DNA from: an uncultured Bacteroidota bacterium
GTDB lineage: Bacteria; Bacteroidota; Bacteroidia; UKL13-3
Reading direction: 5' to 3'
Assembly: GCA_903850915.1 (NCBI GenBank)
Contig: CAINMV010000024.1
Span: forward strand, 87,577 to 151,576
Length of the DNA: 64,000 bases
Shown here one piece after another: positions 10,708 to 20,817 of this stretch. Both the position numbers and the translations under genes were made by a program. How positions within the stretch are numbered: the stretch's first letter is position 1; every line of letters starts with the position of its first letter. Under the pieces are notes generated by a model. That model was not told where the DNA came from. It ran no database searches and saw only the letters and a program-made list of their open reading frames with translations.

Positions 10708-11571
10708 ATGCGTCAGTTGAAAATTACGAAACAAATTACAAACCGTGAAAATCGCTCTCTTGAGAAGTATTTGCAGGAAATTGGGATAATATCACTATTA
10801 ACCGCAGAGGAAGAAGTAGAGCTGGCGGTTCGAATTCGTCAAGGAGATAAACAGGCACTTGAAAGACTTGTAAAAGCCAATTTGAGATTTGTGGTGTCGG
10901 TATCCAAACAATATCAAAATCAAGGTTTAACATTAGGTGATTTAATTAACGAAGGAAACCTCGGACTTATTAAAGCGTCACAGCGCTTTGATGAAACCCG
11001 TGGCTTTAAGTTTATCAGCTATGCGGTATGGTGGATTCGTCAAAGCATTTTACAAGCTATAGCGGAACAAGCGCGTATTGTTCGACTTCCTCTTAACAGA
11101 GTGGGAGCGTTGAGTCGCATATCAAAAGGCATTGCCGATCTGGAGCAGATATACGAACGTGAGCCTACGATGGAGGAGTTATCGGAATTACTTGATATCG
11201 ACATTGACAATATTCGTGATTTATTAAAAAGCAATGGCCGGCATGTAAGCATGGATGCTCCCCTTGTAAATGGCGAAGAAAATACGCTACTTGCTGTGAT
11301 GGAGGATAGCGAACAACCGCAACCGGACTCCGCTTTAATAAGCGAGTCTTTATGCTCTGAAATTGGAAGGGCTTTGTCGCATTTGCCGGTAAGAGAAAGA
11401 GATGTTGTTCGCTACTACTTTGGAATTGGTGGTTGCACCCCACTTACTTTGGAAGAAATCGCAGAACGCCTAACACTTACACGCGAACGTGTGCGCCAAC
11501 TCAAAGAAAAAGCAATTAAGCGCTTGAAATACAATAGCCGTAGCATTCGACTTCAAAGTTTTTTAAGTTAG
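10708..11571 (+). CDS. rpoD: Primary RNA polymerase sigma factor (Bacteroidota-type RpoD/SigA)
   Basis: 287 aa. Region 2 reads [12 protein letters not shown]...[13 protein letters not shown]...[11 protein letters not shown], and the region 4 HTH reads [24 protein letters not shown]. The short length is typical for this phylum. Confidence 0.9.
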   Translation: MRQLKITKQITNRENRSLEKYLQEIGIISLLTAEEEVELAVRIRQGDKQALERLVKANLRFVVSVSKQYQNQGLTLGDLINEGNLGLIKASQRFDETRGFKFISYAVWWIRQSILQAIAEQARIVRLPLNRVGALSRISKGIADLEQIYEREPTMEELSELLDIDIDNIRDLLKSNGRHVSMDAPLVNGEENTLLAVMEDSEQPQPDSALISESLCSEIGRALSHLPVRERDVVRYYFGIGGCTPLTLEEIAERLTLTRERVRQLKEKAIKRLKYNSRSIRLQSFLS

Positions 11572-11577
11572 AAACAC

Positions 11578-11605
11578 ATAGAATCATTTCTTTGATTCTA
11601 TTCTT
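11578..11605 (+). terminator. Rho-independent terminator after rpoD
   Basis: Perfect 9-bp stem ATAGAATCA/TGATTCTAT with a 6-nt loop, followed by a T-rich tract. It lies 7 nt after the rpoD stop. Confidence 0.6.
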
Positions 11606-11748
11606 ATAACATCTCGCATTTCTACATCCTATAAATAAGATATTAATCCACCATAGGAAAGCATAACAGTTTAGTAATGCTGTTACATTATTCATAATGT
11701 ATTTCACTTCTATATTCAAATATTTCAAGTTACTTTTGGAACAGTATT

Positions 11749-12897
11749 ATGGGTGAAAATATTCCATTCAACAAGCTATATTCCACAGGAACTGAGATGC
11801 AATATATTCAGCAAGCAATTGCGAATGGCAAACTGAGTAGTGTCGGTTATTTTACGAGAAGGTGCCAGCATTTAGTTGAAAAAAAATACAACTTTAAAAA
11901 TGTACTATTTACGAACAGCGCTACTGACGCCTTAGAAATGTCGGCTCTTTTAATTGACATTCAACCGAATGACGAAGTAATTATACCTTCTTACACTTTT
12001 GTTTCTACCGCCAACGCATTTATACTGAGAGGTGCAAAAATTGTTTTTGCGGATAGTGAAGCTATTACACCAAATATCGATACTACAAAAATAGAAGCTT
12101 TGATTACACCAAGAACAAAAGCGATTGTGTGTGTGCATTATAACGGTGTTGGATGTAACATGATTGAATTATCTGCGTTAGCTAAAAAATATAATTTATA
12201 TATAATTGAAGATGCGGCTCAAGCTATAAACGGATGGTTTGAAGGTTCGCCATTAGGCAGTTGGGGACATATCGCAACATTCTCTTTTCATGACACAAAA
12301 AACATTAGCTGTGGCGAAGGTGGCATGCTTATAGTTAATGATTCAAGTTTATTTGAACGGGCGATTGTTATTCATGAGAAAGGCACAAATAGAAGTGCGT
12401 TTCTAAGTGGAATTATAAATAAATATGAATGGATAGATATTGGTTCGTCTTATGCACCATCGGAGCTAAATACAGCATATCTGCTTGCACAATTAGAACA
12501 AATAGACCAGATTCAAGTGCAGCGAAATAAATTATGGAACACCTACTATACTTTACTTAAACCACTGCAAGATCTCGGTTTTATTACCATTCCACCAGAT
12601 CCAAAATTAAAACCAAACAACGCTCACTGCTTTTATTTTGTTTGCCAAAGCCAACAGCTACGTGATGACCTAATTGATATTCTAAAAACACAAAAAATAG
12701 AGACTCATTTTCATTATCAGTCTTTGCATAATTCAACCTATTTTCATAAAAAACATGATGGACGGATTCTAGGTAATAGCGATCGTTATTCTTCTTCTTT
12801 ATTGCGATTGCCTCTGTTTTTCGAGCTTACTACTAAAGAAGTAACGTTCATTTGCAATACAATTAAATTCCACTTTGAAAATACATTAACGTATTAG
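11749..12897 (+). CDS. wecE: dTDP-4-amino-4,6-dideoxy-hexose transaminase (WecE/RffA-like, DegT family)
   Basis: 382 aa, colinear with E. coli WecE as I recall it: IPFN...GKL...GYFTRRCQ, IPSYTFVSTANAFILRGAKIVF, EKGTNRS, LLRLPLF. Confidence 0.75.
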   Translation: MGENIPFNKLYSTGTEMQYIQQAIANGKLSSVGYFTRRCQHLVEKKYNFKNVLFTNSATDALEMSALLIDIQPNDEVIIPSYTFVSTANAFILRGAKIVFADSEAITPNIDTTKIEALITPRTKAIVCVHYNGVGCNMIELSALAKKYNLYIIEDAAQAINGWFEGSPLGSWGHIATFSFHDTKNISCGEGGMLIVNDSSLFERAIVIHEKGTNRSAFLSGIINKYEWIDIGSSYAPSELNTAYLLAQLEQIDQIQVQRNKLWNTYYTLLKPLQDLGFITIPPDPKLKPNNAHCFYFVCQSQQLRDDLIDILKTQKIETHFHYQSLHNSTYFHKKHDGRILGNSDRYSSSLLRLPLFFELTTKEVTFICNTIKFHFENTLTY

Positions 12898-12904
12898 AAA
12901 AAAC

Positions 12905-14533
12905 ATGAAATTACAATTGAAAAACTGGATACTCGCCATACTAAGTTCGCTACTAATGTGGGCGGCTTGGCCTCCGAACCAACTAGGTTGGCTTGGCTTC
13001 ATCGGGTTTGTGCCATTATTAATTCTAGCAGACAACAATAAAAACAAAACTCTAGGAAGTAGTCAATTTCGTCTACTTATCTATCTGGCTTTGCTTATTT
13101 GGAATATCCTCACCACATGGTGGATTTGGGCTGCTAGTCCTGGAGGAAGCATTGCTGCTATTGTGTTAAATACTCTAATGATGAGTATAGTTTGGTGGCT
13201 TTATGCTGGCGTAAACAACAAATCAGGAACGGCAATAGGGTTTATTTTCCTAGTTAGTTTCTGGATCACGTATGAATTTTTTCATCTCAATTGGGACGGA
13301 ACATGGCCTTGGTTAATCCTTGGTAATGCTTTCGCCAATAACATTGCCTTGATTCAATGGTACGAACTTACCGGCCACTTAGGGGGTAGCATTTGGATTA
13401 TGCTAGTTAATATACTGATTTTTCAATGTTATAAAACGATGTATTCTAAACCGAAATTCAAAAGAAATATCATAGCTACCTTTACACTAATACTAACTCC
13501 TATCGTGTTAAGTTTGGCAATACTAGGCATTCGAATACCACAAACCGAAACAATCGATAAGCGCTCAAAAGTCAACACGCTAATAATACAGCCCAACCTT
13601 GACCCCTACTCCGAAAAATTCAACAATGATGGGAATTCAATATCACCCTATGCCCAATTAGAAAGGATGATAGCGATGGCTGAAGAAAAAATTACCGACG
13701 AGATTGAATTTGTAATTCTACCCGAAACAGCACTCCAAGGACAGATGAACGATAATGCGTTGCAGCATGAAATCATGATACAAAGGATAAAATCATTTGT
13801 TAATCACCATCCAAATTGCTGTGTTATTACTGGTGCAAATACCTATGCTTCCAATTCAACCAAGTTTAGCGAAACTTCACGCCAACTAGAGGAAGGTGGT
13901 AAATACTATGAATTTTACAATACCGCTTTAAAAATCGATACCTCATCTAAAATTGAAATTTATCATAAATCAAGGTTGGTGCCCGGGGTTGAAAAGCTTC
14001 CCTATCCAATTATCTTTGGACCCTTGGTTCGACTGCTCGATTTAGAAGCGCAGGCTGGAGGATTGGGGATACAAAACGAAGCTTCCGTTTTTACCCATCA
14101 TAACTTTAAAATTGCACCCCTAATATGCTATGAAAGTGTGTTTGGAGGTTATGTAAAAGATTTTGCGGCAAAAGGTGCGGATGTTTTTGTGGTAATCACT
14201 AACGATGGGTGGTGGGGAAATACCGACGGCTATAAGCAACATTTGGATTACGGAAAATTACGTGCTATTGAATTTCGTAGAGATTTAGTACAATGTGCAA
14301 ACACGGGTATAAGTGCCATTATAAACGCGCAAGGCCTAATTGTGAAAGAAAGTAACTGGTGGAAACAAGAAGTTTTAACTGTGAATTTCGTACCACAAAA
14401 CACCATTACATTTTATGCCCAATTTGGAGATTATATTGGCTGGCTCGGTGTGTTTATAAGCTTATCTATTGTAATTTGGATAAGTCTAAACTGGTTCTAT
14501 TTAAAAAACAAAAGCACTAAAAATGAAATATAA
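12905..14533 (+). CDS. lnt: Apolipoprotein N-acyltransferase (polytopic N-domain + CN-hydrolase domain)
   Basis: 542 aa. The membrane N-terminal half is followed by a nitrilase-superfamily domain with E (LPETAL), K (YHKSRLVPGVEK) and C (ICYESVF) catalytic positions. Confidence 0.8.
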   Translation: MKLQLKNWILAILSSLLMWAAWPPNQLGWLGFIGFVPLLILADNNKNKTLGSSQFRLLIYLALLIWNILTTWWIWAASPGGSIAAIVLNTLMMSIVWWLYAGVNNKSGTAIGFIFLVSFWITYEFFHLNWDGTWPWLILGNAFANNIALIQWYELTGHLGGSIWIMLVNILIFQCYKTMYSKPKFKRNIIATFTLILTPIVLSLAILGIRIPQTETIDKRSKVNTLIIQPNLDPYSEKFNNDGNSISPYAQLERMIAMAEEKITDEIEFVILPETALQGQMNDNALQHEIMIQRIKSFVNHHPNCCVITGANTYASNSTKFSETSRQLEEGGKYYEFYNTALKIDTSSKIEIYHKSRLVPGVEKLPYPIIFGPLVRLLDLEAQAGGLGIQNEASVFTHHNFKIAPLICYESVFGGYVKDFAAKGADVFVVITNDGWWGNTDGYKQHLDYGKLRAIEFRRDLVQCANTGISAIINAQGLIVKESNWWKQEVLTVNFVPQNTITFYAQFGDYIGWLGVFISLSIVIWISLNWFYLKNKSTKNEI

Positions 14534-15020
14534 TGCATCACTAGACACTACCGCCAAGATAGTTACAGGAGGTATTGCAGTCCTTGGTATTGCTATAACA
14601 TTTACAATAACAAAAGAACTTATTGGTAGTGATATTGATTTAATTGCCATAATATTTATGAGCGGGGTTTTTCTACTATTCCCTTCACTCCTGCTTATTT
14701 GCTGGCTCTACGCTCCACAATCATATACATTAAGCGACGCAAGCATAACTATAAATCGCATCCGCGGAAGAATTACCATCCCATTAGACACATTGGAAAG
14801 CGTAAAAATCATCTATAACAATTCGATGAAATGGCCGATTCGCACTTTTGGTGTGGGTGGTGTTTTCGGATACTATGGCTATTTTTACCACTCTAGCATA
14901 GGCAATTTTAGCATGTATGCTTCGCAACGAAACAACAAAGTACTTTTAACCACCAAGCAAGGCAAAAAAATCATTATCACACCTGACGATTTGGGACTGG
15001 TACAGCAATTACAAAGATAA
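14523..15020 (+). CDS. Membrane-anchored bacterial PH-domain protein
   Basis: 165 aa with two N-terminal TM helices followed by a bPH-like region (ITINRIRGRITIPLDTLESVKII). The start overlaps the lnt stop by 11 nt. Confidence 0.5.
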   Translation: MKYNASLDTTAKIVTGGIAVLGIAITFTITKELIGSDIDLIAIIFMSGVFLLFPSLLLICWLYAPQSYTLSDASITINRIRGRITIPLDTLESVKIIYNNSMKWPIRTFGVGGVFGYYGYFYHSSIGNFSMYASQRNNKVLLTTKQGKKIIITPDDLGLVQQLQR

Positions 15021-15101
15021 ATCAACCAGCGTTCTAAAAGTGATTTTACGCATATTCAATTATCGAAAGCAAGACACTATAAAAGCAATTTCTTAGGACA
15101 T

Positions 15102-15140
15102 AAAAAAACCCACGCCTTTTAAGGTATGGGTTTTATGTTT
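15102..15140. terminator. Bidirectional Rho-independent terminator between the PH-domain gene (+) and icd (-)
   Basis: A-run, then the AAACCCACGCC / GGTATGGGTTT hairpin (one G-U pair, one mismatch, 6-nt loop), then a T-rich run. It reads as hairpin plus U-tract on both strands. Confidence 0.65.
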
Positions 15141-15150
15141 TTACTAAAAT

Positions 15151-16383
15151 TTACATACCCATTTTGGCCTTCAATCCAGCATCCAGAGCTTCCAAAAACT
15201 CCTCTGTATATAAATAATGTTCGCCATGATTTACTTTGTTTCCATGAATACAAACAGCAAGATCTTTCGTCATTTTACCACTTTCTACTACTTCAACACA
15301 CACTTTTTCTAGTGCATTACAGAAATCAACCAATGGCTGGTTGCCATCTAGTTTACCACGAAATTCCAATCCTCTTGTCCATGCAAAAATGGATGCAATT
15401 GGGTTTGTTGAAGTAGGCTTACCCGCTTGATGATCGCGATAATGACGTGTTACAGTTCCATGAGCGGCTTCAGCTTCCATCGTTTTCCCGTCTGGTGTTA
15501 CTAATGTCGAAGTCATCAAACCTAATGAGCCAAACCCTTGCGCTACAGTGTCTGACTGCACGTCGCCATCATAATTTTTACATGCCCAAACAAAATTGCC
15601 ATTCCATTTAAGTGCAGAAGCTACCATATCGTCAATTAAACGATGTTCGTATGTGATTCCAGCAGCTTCAAATTTTGATTTGTATTCCGCTTGATAAATC
15701 TCTTCAAAAATATCTTTAAAGCGACCATCATATTTCTTCAAAATAGTGTTTTTGGTAGAAAGGTATAGAGGCCATTTCTTTTGCAATGCTGTATTAAAGC
15801 AAGAGTGTGCAAATCCTTTGATACTCTCATCGGTATTGTACATTGTTAATGCAACACCATCGCCTTTGAAATTATAAACTTCAAATACTTGTGGAGCGCT
15901 TCCATCTTCGGGAGTGAAGCTAACGGTTAATTTACCTTTACCTTTCGTTGTAAAGTCGGTAGCACGATACTGATCACCAAAAGCATGACGACCAATACAT
16001 ATTGGGGCAGTCCAGTTGGGTACCAAGCGTGGAACATTTTTACATACAATAGGTTCACGAAAAACAGTACCATCAAGTATATTACGGATAGTCCCATTCG
16101 GGCTTTTCCACATTTGCTTTAGGCTAAATTCTTTCACTCGGGCTTCATCCGGAGTGATGGTAGCGCATTTAATACCTACATTATATTGTTTAATTGCTTC
16201 GGCTGCATCCACAGTAACTTGGTCGTTGGTAGCATCGCGATGCTCCATACCCAAATCGTAATATTTTATATCTAGCTCGAGGTAAGGTAGAATTAATTTG
16301 TCTTTTATTGCCTTCCAGATGATGCGCGTCATTTCGTCGCCATCCATCTCAACTACGGGGTTTGCTACTTTAATTTTTTGCAT
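15151..16383 (-). CDS. icd: NADP-dependent isocitrate dehydrogenase, eukaryote-like homodimeric subfamily
   Basis: 410 aa. The N-terminus [21 protein letters not shown] and [19 protein letters not shown] are close to IDH1/IDH2-type enzymes. Confidence 0.9.
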   Translation of the reverse strand: MQKIKVANPVVEMDGDEMTRIIWKAIKDKLILPYLELDIKYYDLGMEHRDATNDQVTVDAAEAIKQYNVGIKCATITPDEARVKEFSLKQMWKSPNGTIRNILDGTVFREPIVCKNVPRLVPNWTAPICIGRHAFGDQYRATDFTTKGKGKLTVSFTPEDGSAPQVFEVYNFKGDGVALTMYNTDESIKGFAHSCFNTALQKKWPLYLSTKNTILKKYDGRFKDIFEEIYQAEYKSKFEAAGITYEHRLIDDMVASALKWNGNFVWACKNYDGDVQSDTVAQGFGSLGLMTSTLVTPDGKTMEAEAAHGTVTRHYRDHQAGKPTSTNPIASIFAWTRGLEFRGKLDGNQPLVDFCNALEKVCVEVVESGKMTKDLAVCIHGNKVNHGEHYLYTEEFLEALDAGLKAKMGM

Positions 16384-16416
16384 GATAAACTTGATTAAAT
16401 CCTTTATTTAAGGGCG

Positions 16417-16424
16417 CAAAGATA
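16417..16424 (-). promoter_or_regulatory. Candidate -7 box (TATCTTTG on the minus strand) for icd
   Basis: Exact TAnnTTTG match 33 nt upstream of the icd ATG. Confidence 0.45.
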
Positions 16425-16564
16425 AAGTTAATTTAATTATTTCCGATGTTAGGAACGGAAATAGTTTGGGATGCTGAAATACAAAAACAGAGCAAACCGA
16501 AAAAGGGAAATATCAATTCTACTTAGGGCAAGGTAATAGAAAATAATAAACATAGAATCCTTAA

Positions 16565-17347
16565 CTAGCGTCCCTTTAATGTTTCGGTGATTTTAAAAAA
16601 CATCCAAGGCCACCATTTTTTTATGCGATACAGTATCACCTCTTTACCCATGAGGATTTCTTTTGTGCCTTGAGCACTTGCTAAAACAACACGAGAGGCC
16701 AATGATGCTGGTGTGATGCCTTTTCTTTGCAGATCGTCTAATTTGCCATGAGGGAGGCCATCTTTCCCGATTGCATTTTTACTTATGTTGGTTTGGACTC
16801 CTCCTGCGCAAACCAATAATGTTTGAATGTTAAACTCTCTGAGTTCAATTTGAATGGTCTCAAAAAAACCATGCAAAGCGTGCTTTGACGCGGCATAGGC
16901 ACTTCGCTGCCAAAAACCAAACTTGCCCGAAACACTGGAAATTACAATGATACGACCATCCTTCCTTTCCATCATCGATGGAAGGACCTTCTTGGTGAGA
17001 TAAACAGGAGCAAAATAATTCAAATTCATGAGCTTCTTGTCTACATGAAAATCTGTTTCCCACACAAAACTACGTTGACTTATGCCGGCGTTATTAACCA
17101 AAACATCAATGGCAGCGTACTTCTTATATATTTCTACTAACATCAAATCTATCGCGTCGAAGTCGGTGACATCGCAAACGAAAATTTCCGCCTCTGCCTT
17201 ACAATTTAATTTTACTCGCTCTAATTCCTTCTGATTGCGCGCACACAAAAGCAAGACTGCATTTTGTTTTGCGAATTCATACGCAAGTGCCTCTCCGATA
17301 CCCGATGAAGCCCCAGTAATTAGAACTACTTTATTGGTAAAAAACAT
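16565..17347 (-). CDS. SDR-family oxidoreductase
   Basis: 260 aa. Contains the TGASSGIGEA cofactor motif and the YAASKHAL catalytic motif. Confidence 0.8.
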   Translation of the reverse strand: MFFTNKVVLITGASSGIGEALAYEFAKQNAVLLLCARNQKELERVKLNCKAEAEIFVCDVTDFDAIDLMLVEIYKKYAAIDVLVNNAGISQRSFVWETDFHVDKKLMNLNYFAPVYLTKKVLPSMMERKDGRIIVISSVSGKFGFWQRSAYAASKHALHGFFETIQIELREFNIQTLLVCAGGVQTNISKNAIGKDGLPHGKLDDLQRKGITPASLASRVVLASAQGTKEILMGKEVILYRIKKWWPWMFFKITETLKGR

Positions 17348-17362
17348 GTTGTGAATTTACAT

Positions 17363-18226
17363 TTATTCCTTTAATGATTTTGCCAATGAACTAAAATAAT
17401 AAAGTACGGCATTTACCTCTCCATCCCAAAATTTAAAATCGTGCTTTGCTCCTGCTCGCAAATGCAATTCCGTTTTCTTGTTGTTGGATTTCAAGGCCGC
17501 AAAAAGCACCTTGGATTGAGTCGCTGAAACCACCTGATCTTCATAGCCATGGGCAATATATAGTGGCTTTTTTATTTCTGAGGCCATCGCCAGAAGGTTG
17601 GCATCATTTCCCCAACGGGATTTAAAACGGGAATAGCCGCCAAAAACATCTGTCATTAAGCGATCTGAAGGTGTTAAGGTAGGATCGAAATCTCCACTCA
17701 ACGTGGCTGCAGCACTAAATAAATCTGGTCTTTTCCATAAACAATAAACAGCTCCTCTTCCTCCTGTAGAGAGCCCCATAACAAAGTTCTGCTCCAAACT
17801 GGTTAGTATTTCATATTTAGCTTGAACAGCAGGAATAAATGTATCGGTAAGCCATGTTCCTGTTTTCTCGTTTGCCGCTGCGTTGGTAGTTTCGGGATAA
17901 TATTTTGGGGCATAAACACTGCGATGCATCTCAGGAAGTATTAGTCGCCAATGCTTCTCCTTTGCTAACGCTCTCAGACCTGTTTCGGTTAACCAACGAT
18001 GCCGTTCAAAATCCCAGCCTGGCAGCACCAAAATATTACCTAACACGTCGACGCTAGAATCAAAATCTTGAATTAAAGTAACCGCCACACCTGCAATAAT
18101 GTCTTCTTTCAACCCTTGCAAGCTTAATTTAACCTGCTCTTTCTTTTGTATCGGAGTAGTGTTCGAATTTCCAGGGTTTGGAGAACACGAGAAAAGCAAT
18201 AGTATCCAATAGAGGTATTTTCCCAT
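17363..18226 (-). CDS. Alpha/beta-hydrolase esterase, predicted lipoprotein
   Basis: 287 aa. Lipobox LLFSC, nucleophile elbow GLSTGG, and C-terminal His (AKHDF). Confidence 0.65.
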   Translation of the reverse strand: MGKYLYWILLLFSCSPNPGNSNTTPIQKKEQVKLSLQGLKEDIIAGVAVTLIQDFDSSVDVLGNILVLPGWDFERHRWLTETGLRALAKEKHWRLILPEMHRSVYAPKYYPETTNAAANEKTGTWLTDTFIPAVQAKYEILTSLEQNFVMGLSTGGRGAVYCLWKRPDLFSAAATLSGDFDPTLTPSDRLMTDVFGGYSRFKSRWGNDANLLAMASEIKKPLYIAHGYEDQVVSATQSKVLFAALKSNNKKTELHLRAGAKHDFKFWDGEVNAVLYYFSSLAKSLKE

Positions 18227-18233
18227 AGCAACG

Positions 18234-18241
18234 CAAAGGTA
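18234..18241 (-). promoter_or_regulatory. Candidate -7 box (TACCTTTG) for the esterase-SDR operon, only 7 nt from the ATG
   Basis: Exact TAnnTTTG on the minus strand. The spacing implies a leaderless or near-leaderless transcript. Confidence 0.45.
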
Positions 18242-18307
18242 AAAGTAATTTGTGCTCTATTTTTTTGTATTTTCGCGCGTTTTTATAGCATCTCCAAACA
18301 TACAGAA

Positions 18308-19423
18308 ATGAAACCCATCAGAATGGTAGATCTCGTGACCCAATACGAGAAAATAAAACCAGAAGTTGACAGCGCCATCAGTGATGTTATCTCTTCAGCT
18401 AACTTTATTAAAGGACCTGAAGTTGTGAATTTCGAAAGTAACTTATCAAAATATCTTAATGTAAAAAATGTAATCGCTTGTGCTAATGGCACCGATGCCT
18501 TGCAGATAGCCATGATGGCCCTTAATTTGCAACCTGGTGATGAAGTAATCACAGCATGTTTTACCTATGTAGCAACAGCGGAAGTAATTGCATTATTGCG
18601 ATTAAAACCGATATTGGTTGATGTAAATGCAGATACTTTCAATATTGACATTGATGCAATACGTAATGCCATTACTTCAAAAACAAAAGCTATTGTGCCC
18701 GTTCACCTTTTTGGTCAATGTGCCGACATGGAGCCAATATTGCACTTAGCTAAAGAATTTAATTTGGCAGTAATTGAAGATTGTGCTCAGGCTATTAATG
18801 CCGAATATACCTTTAGCGATGGCCGCAAGGCAAAAGCGGGTACAATGGGAACCGTTGGCTGCACCTCATTTTTTCCAAGCAAAAACCTTGGATGTTTTGG
18901 CGATGGAGGTGCGTTGTATACTAATGATGATACCTTAGCTGATAAAATAAAAATGGTTGCTAATCATGGTCAGTCTCGTTTATATTATCATGATGAAGTG
19001 GGGGTAAATTCCCGTTTGGATTCTATACAGGCGGCTGTATTAAATATAAAGCTAAAGCATCTTAACAAATACTGCCATTCACGTATTGAAGCAGCTGATT
19101 TTTATGATAATGCGTTTGCTAATAACGAAAAACTTAAAACACCTTTTCGTTCAAAAAATAGCACCCATGTATTTCACCAATATACATTGCAATTGCGCAA
19201 CACAAATAGAGAAGCTTTAAAATTACATCTAGGAAATAAAGGAATCCCGGCGATGATTTATTACCCTGTGCCGTTGAACCAACAAAAAGCATATACGCAA
19301 GAAGGAGCCTATCCCGTAACGAATGCTTTATGCGATTGTGTGCTCTCGTTGCCAATGCATTCAGAACTTGATAAAGAGCAACTCACTTTTATCACGTCAT
19401 CGGTTTTAGAGTTTTTAAAATAA
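18308..19423 (+). CDS. DegT/DnrJ/EryC1/StrS-family sugar aminotransferase
   Basis: 371 aa. Contains FIKGPEV, ANGTDAL, and SFFPSKNLG carrying the PLP lysine. Confidence 0.8.
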   Translation: MKPIRMVDLVTQYEKIKPEVDSAISDVISSANFIKGPEVVNFESNLSKYLNVKNVIACANGTDALQIAMMALNLQPGDEVITACFTYVATAEVIALLRLKPILVDVNADTFNIDIDAIRNAITSKTKAIVPVHLFGQCADMEPILHLAKEFNLAVIEDCAQAINAEYTFSDGRKAKAGTMGTVGCTSFFPSKNLGCFGDGGALYTNDDTLADKIKMVANHGQSRLYYHDEVGVNSRLDSIQAAVLNIKLKHLNKYCHSRIEAADFYDNAFANNEKLKTPFRSKNSTHVFHQYTLQLRNTNREALKLHLGNKGIPAMIYYPVPLNQQKAYTQEGAYPVTNALCDCVLSLPMHSELDKEQLTFITSSVLEFLK

Positions 19424-19474
19424 TAATTTATTGAAATCAAAAGTATAATATTAAAAATATAGAATTGTATTAAT

Positions 19475-20785
19475 ATGAATATTGCTGTAGTAGGAACCGG
19501 ATATGTTGGATTAGTTTCAGGAACGTGTTTTGCGGAAACTGGAAATAACGTAACCTGCGTTGATATCGACATCAACAAAGTGAACAAATTAAGTCAAGGT
19601 GAGATTACTATTTTCGAGCCTGGATTGGAAGTATTGTTCAAGCGTAATTTAAAAGAAGGCCGATTAAAATTTACCACTTCCCTTATCGATGGTGTTCAGG
19701 ACGCTCAAATTATTTTTCTTGCATTACCAACTCCACCGGGAGAAGATGGTAGTGCCGATTTAAAATATGTGTTAGGTGTTGCCAATGACTTAGGCAATAT
19801 CCTTACAGAATATAAAGTAATTGTAGATAAGAGTACCGTGCCTGTGGGTACAGCCGATAAAGTGCGTGCCGCGATATCTAAAAATATCAAATGTGAATTC
19901 GATGTGGTGAGTAACCCAGAGTTTCTTCGCGAGGGTGTAGCTGTAGATGATTTTATGAAACCTGACCGCGTAGTTATTGGAACCAGCAGTGAACGTGCGA
20001 AGAAAGTAATGAACGAATTATACGCTCCTTTTGTTCGCCAAGGTAATCCAATTATTTTCATGGATGAAAAATCTGCAGAATTGACGAAGTATGCAGCCAA
20101 TAGTTTTCTAGCAGTGAAAATTTCCTTTATGAATGAAATTGCGCGAGTATGTGAATTATTTGATGCCGATGTAGATATGGTTCGCAAAGGCATAGGCACC
20201 GACGACAGAATTGGCAAGAGATTTTTGTTCTCTGGTATTGGTTATGGAGGAAGCTGCTTCCCAAAGGATGTACATGCTTTGGTGATGTCGGCAGAGGAAG
20301 TGAATTACAATTTCGAAATTTTGAAAGCTGTGATGCACGTAAATGAAGATCAAAAACTGTTTTTGATTCCTAAGATCTTAAAGCATTTTGGCAATGACAT
20401 CAAAGGCAAACATTTTGCGATGTGGGGGCTTGCTTTCAAACCCAATACCGATGATATTCGTGAGGCTCCAGCACTTTATATGATTGACGCTTTAACAAAA
20501 GCAGGAGCTTCCGTAACCGCCTTCGATCCAGAAGCAATGGCAAATGTAAAACGTGAAATTGGCGATTGCGTAACCTATGCTGAAAGCATGTATCAAGCCT
20601 TAGAGAATGCTGATGCACTAATCATTGCTACCGAATGGAATGAATTCCGAACGCCTGATTTTAACAAAATCGCGACGCTACTTAAACAAAAAACTATTTT
20701 CGATGGAAGGAACTTATTTGAAAACGATATTATGTCTTCTTCTGGATTTCATTACGAAAGCGTAGGCCGCAAAACAATTCGTTAA
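19475..20785 (+). CDS. ugd: UDP-glucose 6-dehydrogenase
   Basis: 436 aa. N-terminal Rossmann motif VVGTGYVGLV, catalytic GGSCFPKD, and the C-terminal UDP-binding domain. Confidence 0.9.
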   Translation: MNIAVVGTGYVGLVSGTCFAETGNNVTCVDIDINKVNKLSQGEITIFEPGLEVLFKRNLKEGRLKFTTSLIDGVQDAQIIFLALPTPPGEDGSADLKYVLGVANDLGNILTEYKVIVDKSTVPVGTADKVRAAISKNIKCEFDVVSNPEFLREGVAVDDFMKPDRVVIGTSSERAKKVMNELYAPFVRQGNPIIFMDEKSAELTKYAANSFLAVKISFMNEIARVCELFDADVDMVRKGIGTDDRIGKRFLFSGIGYGGSCFPKDVHALVMSAEEVNYNFEILKAVMHVNEDQKLFLIPKILKHFGNDIKGKHFAMWGLAFKPNTDDIREAPALYMIDALTKAGASVTAFDPEAMANVKREIGDCVTYAESMYQALENADALIIATEWNEFRTPDFNKIATLLKQKTIFDGRNLFENDIMSSSGFHYESVGRKTIR

Positions 20786-20817
20786 TTTATAACTACAAAT
20801 TACAATCACACAAAACC

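Noticed and set aside
10827-10837. GGTTCGAATTC, resembling a tRNA T-arm.
   Set aside because: It lies within the rpoD reading frame, and no acceptor or anticodon arms surround it.
15126-15416. 96-aa plus-strand ORF overlapping the 3' end of icd.
   Set aside because: It starts inside the bidirectional terminator and runs antisense to icd, so it is a shadow ORF.
18487-18504. TGGCAC…TTGCA, resembling a sigma-54 -24/-12 promoter.
   Set aside because: The GG-to-GC spacing is two nt too long, and the site lies inside the DegT aminotransferase coding region. Other TGGCAC occurrences in the window lack a properly spaced TTGC.
19705-20217. 170-aa minus-strand ORF inside ugd.
   Set aside because: It is antisense to a clearly real UDP-glucose dehydrogenase frame, and the product is Ser/Arg/Thr-rich with no recognisable features.
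20786-20817. Possible glycine riboswitch upstream of gcvT.
   Set aside because: Only 32 nt separate the ugd stop from the gcvT ATG. That is far too short for a glycine riboswitch aptamer.
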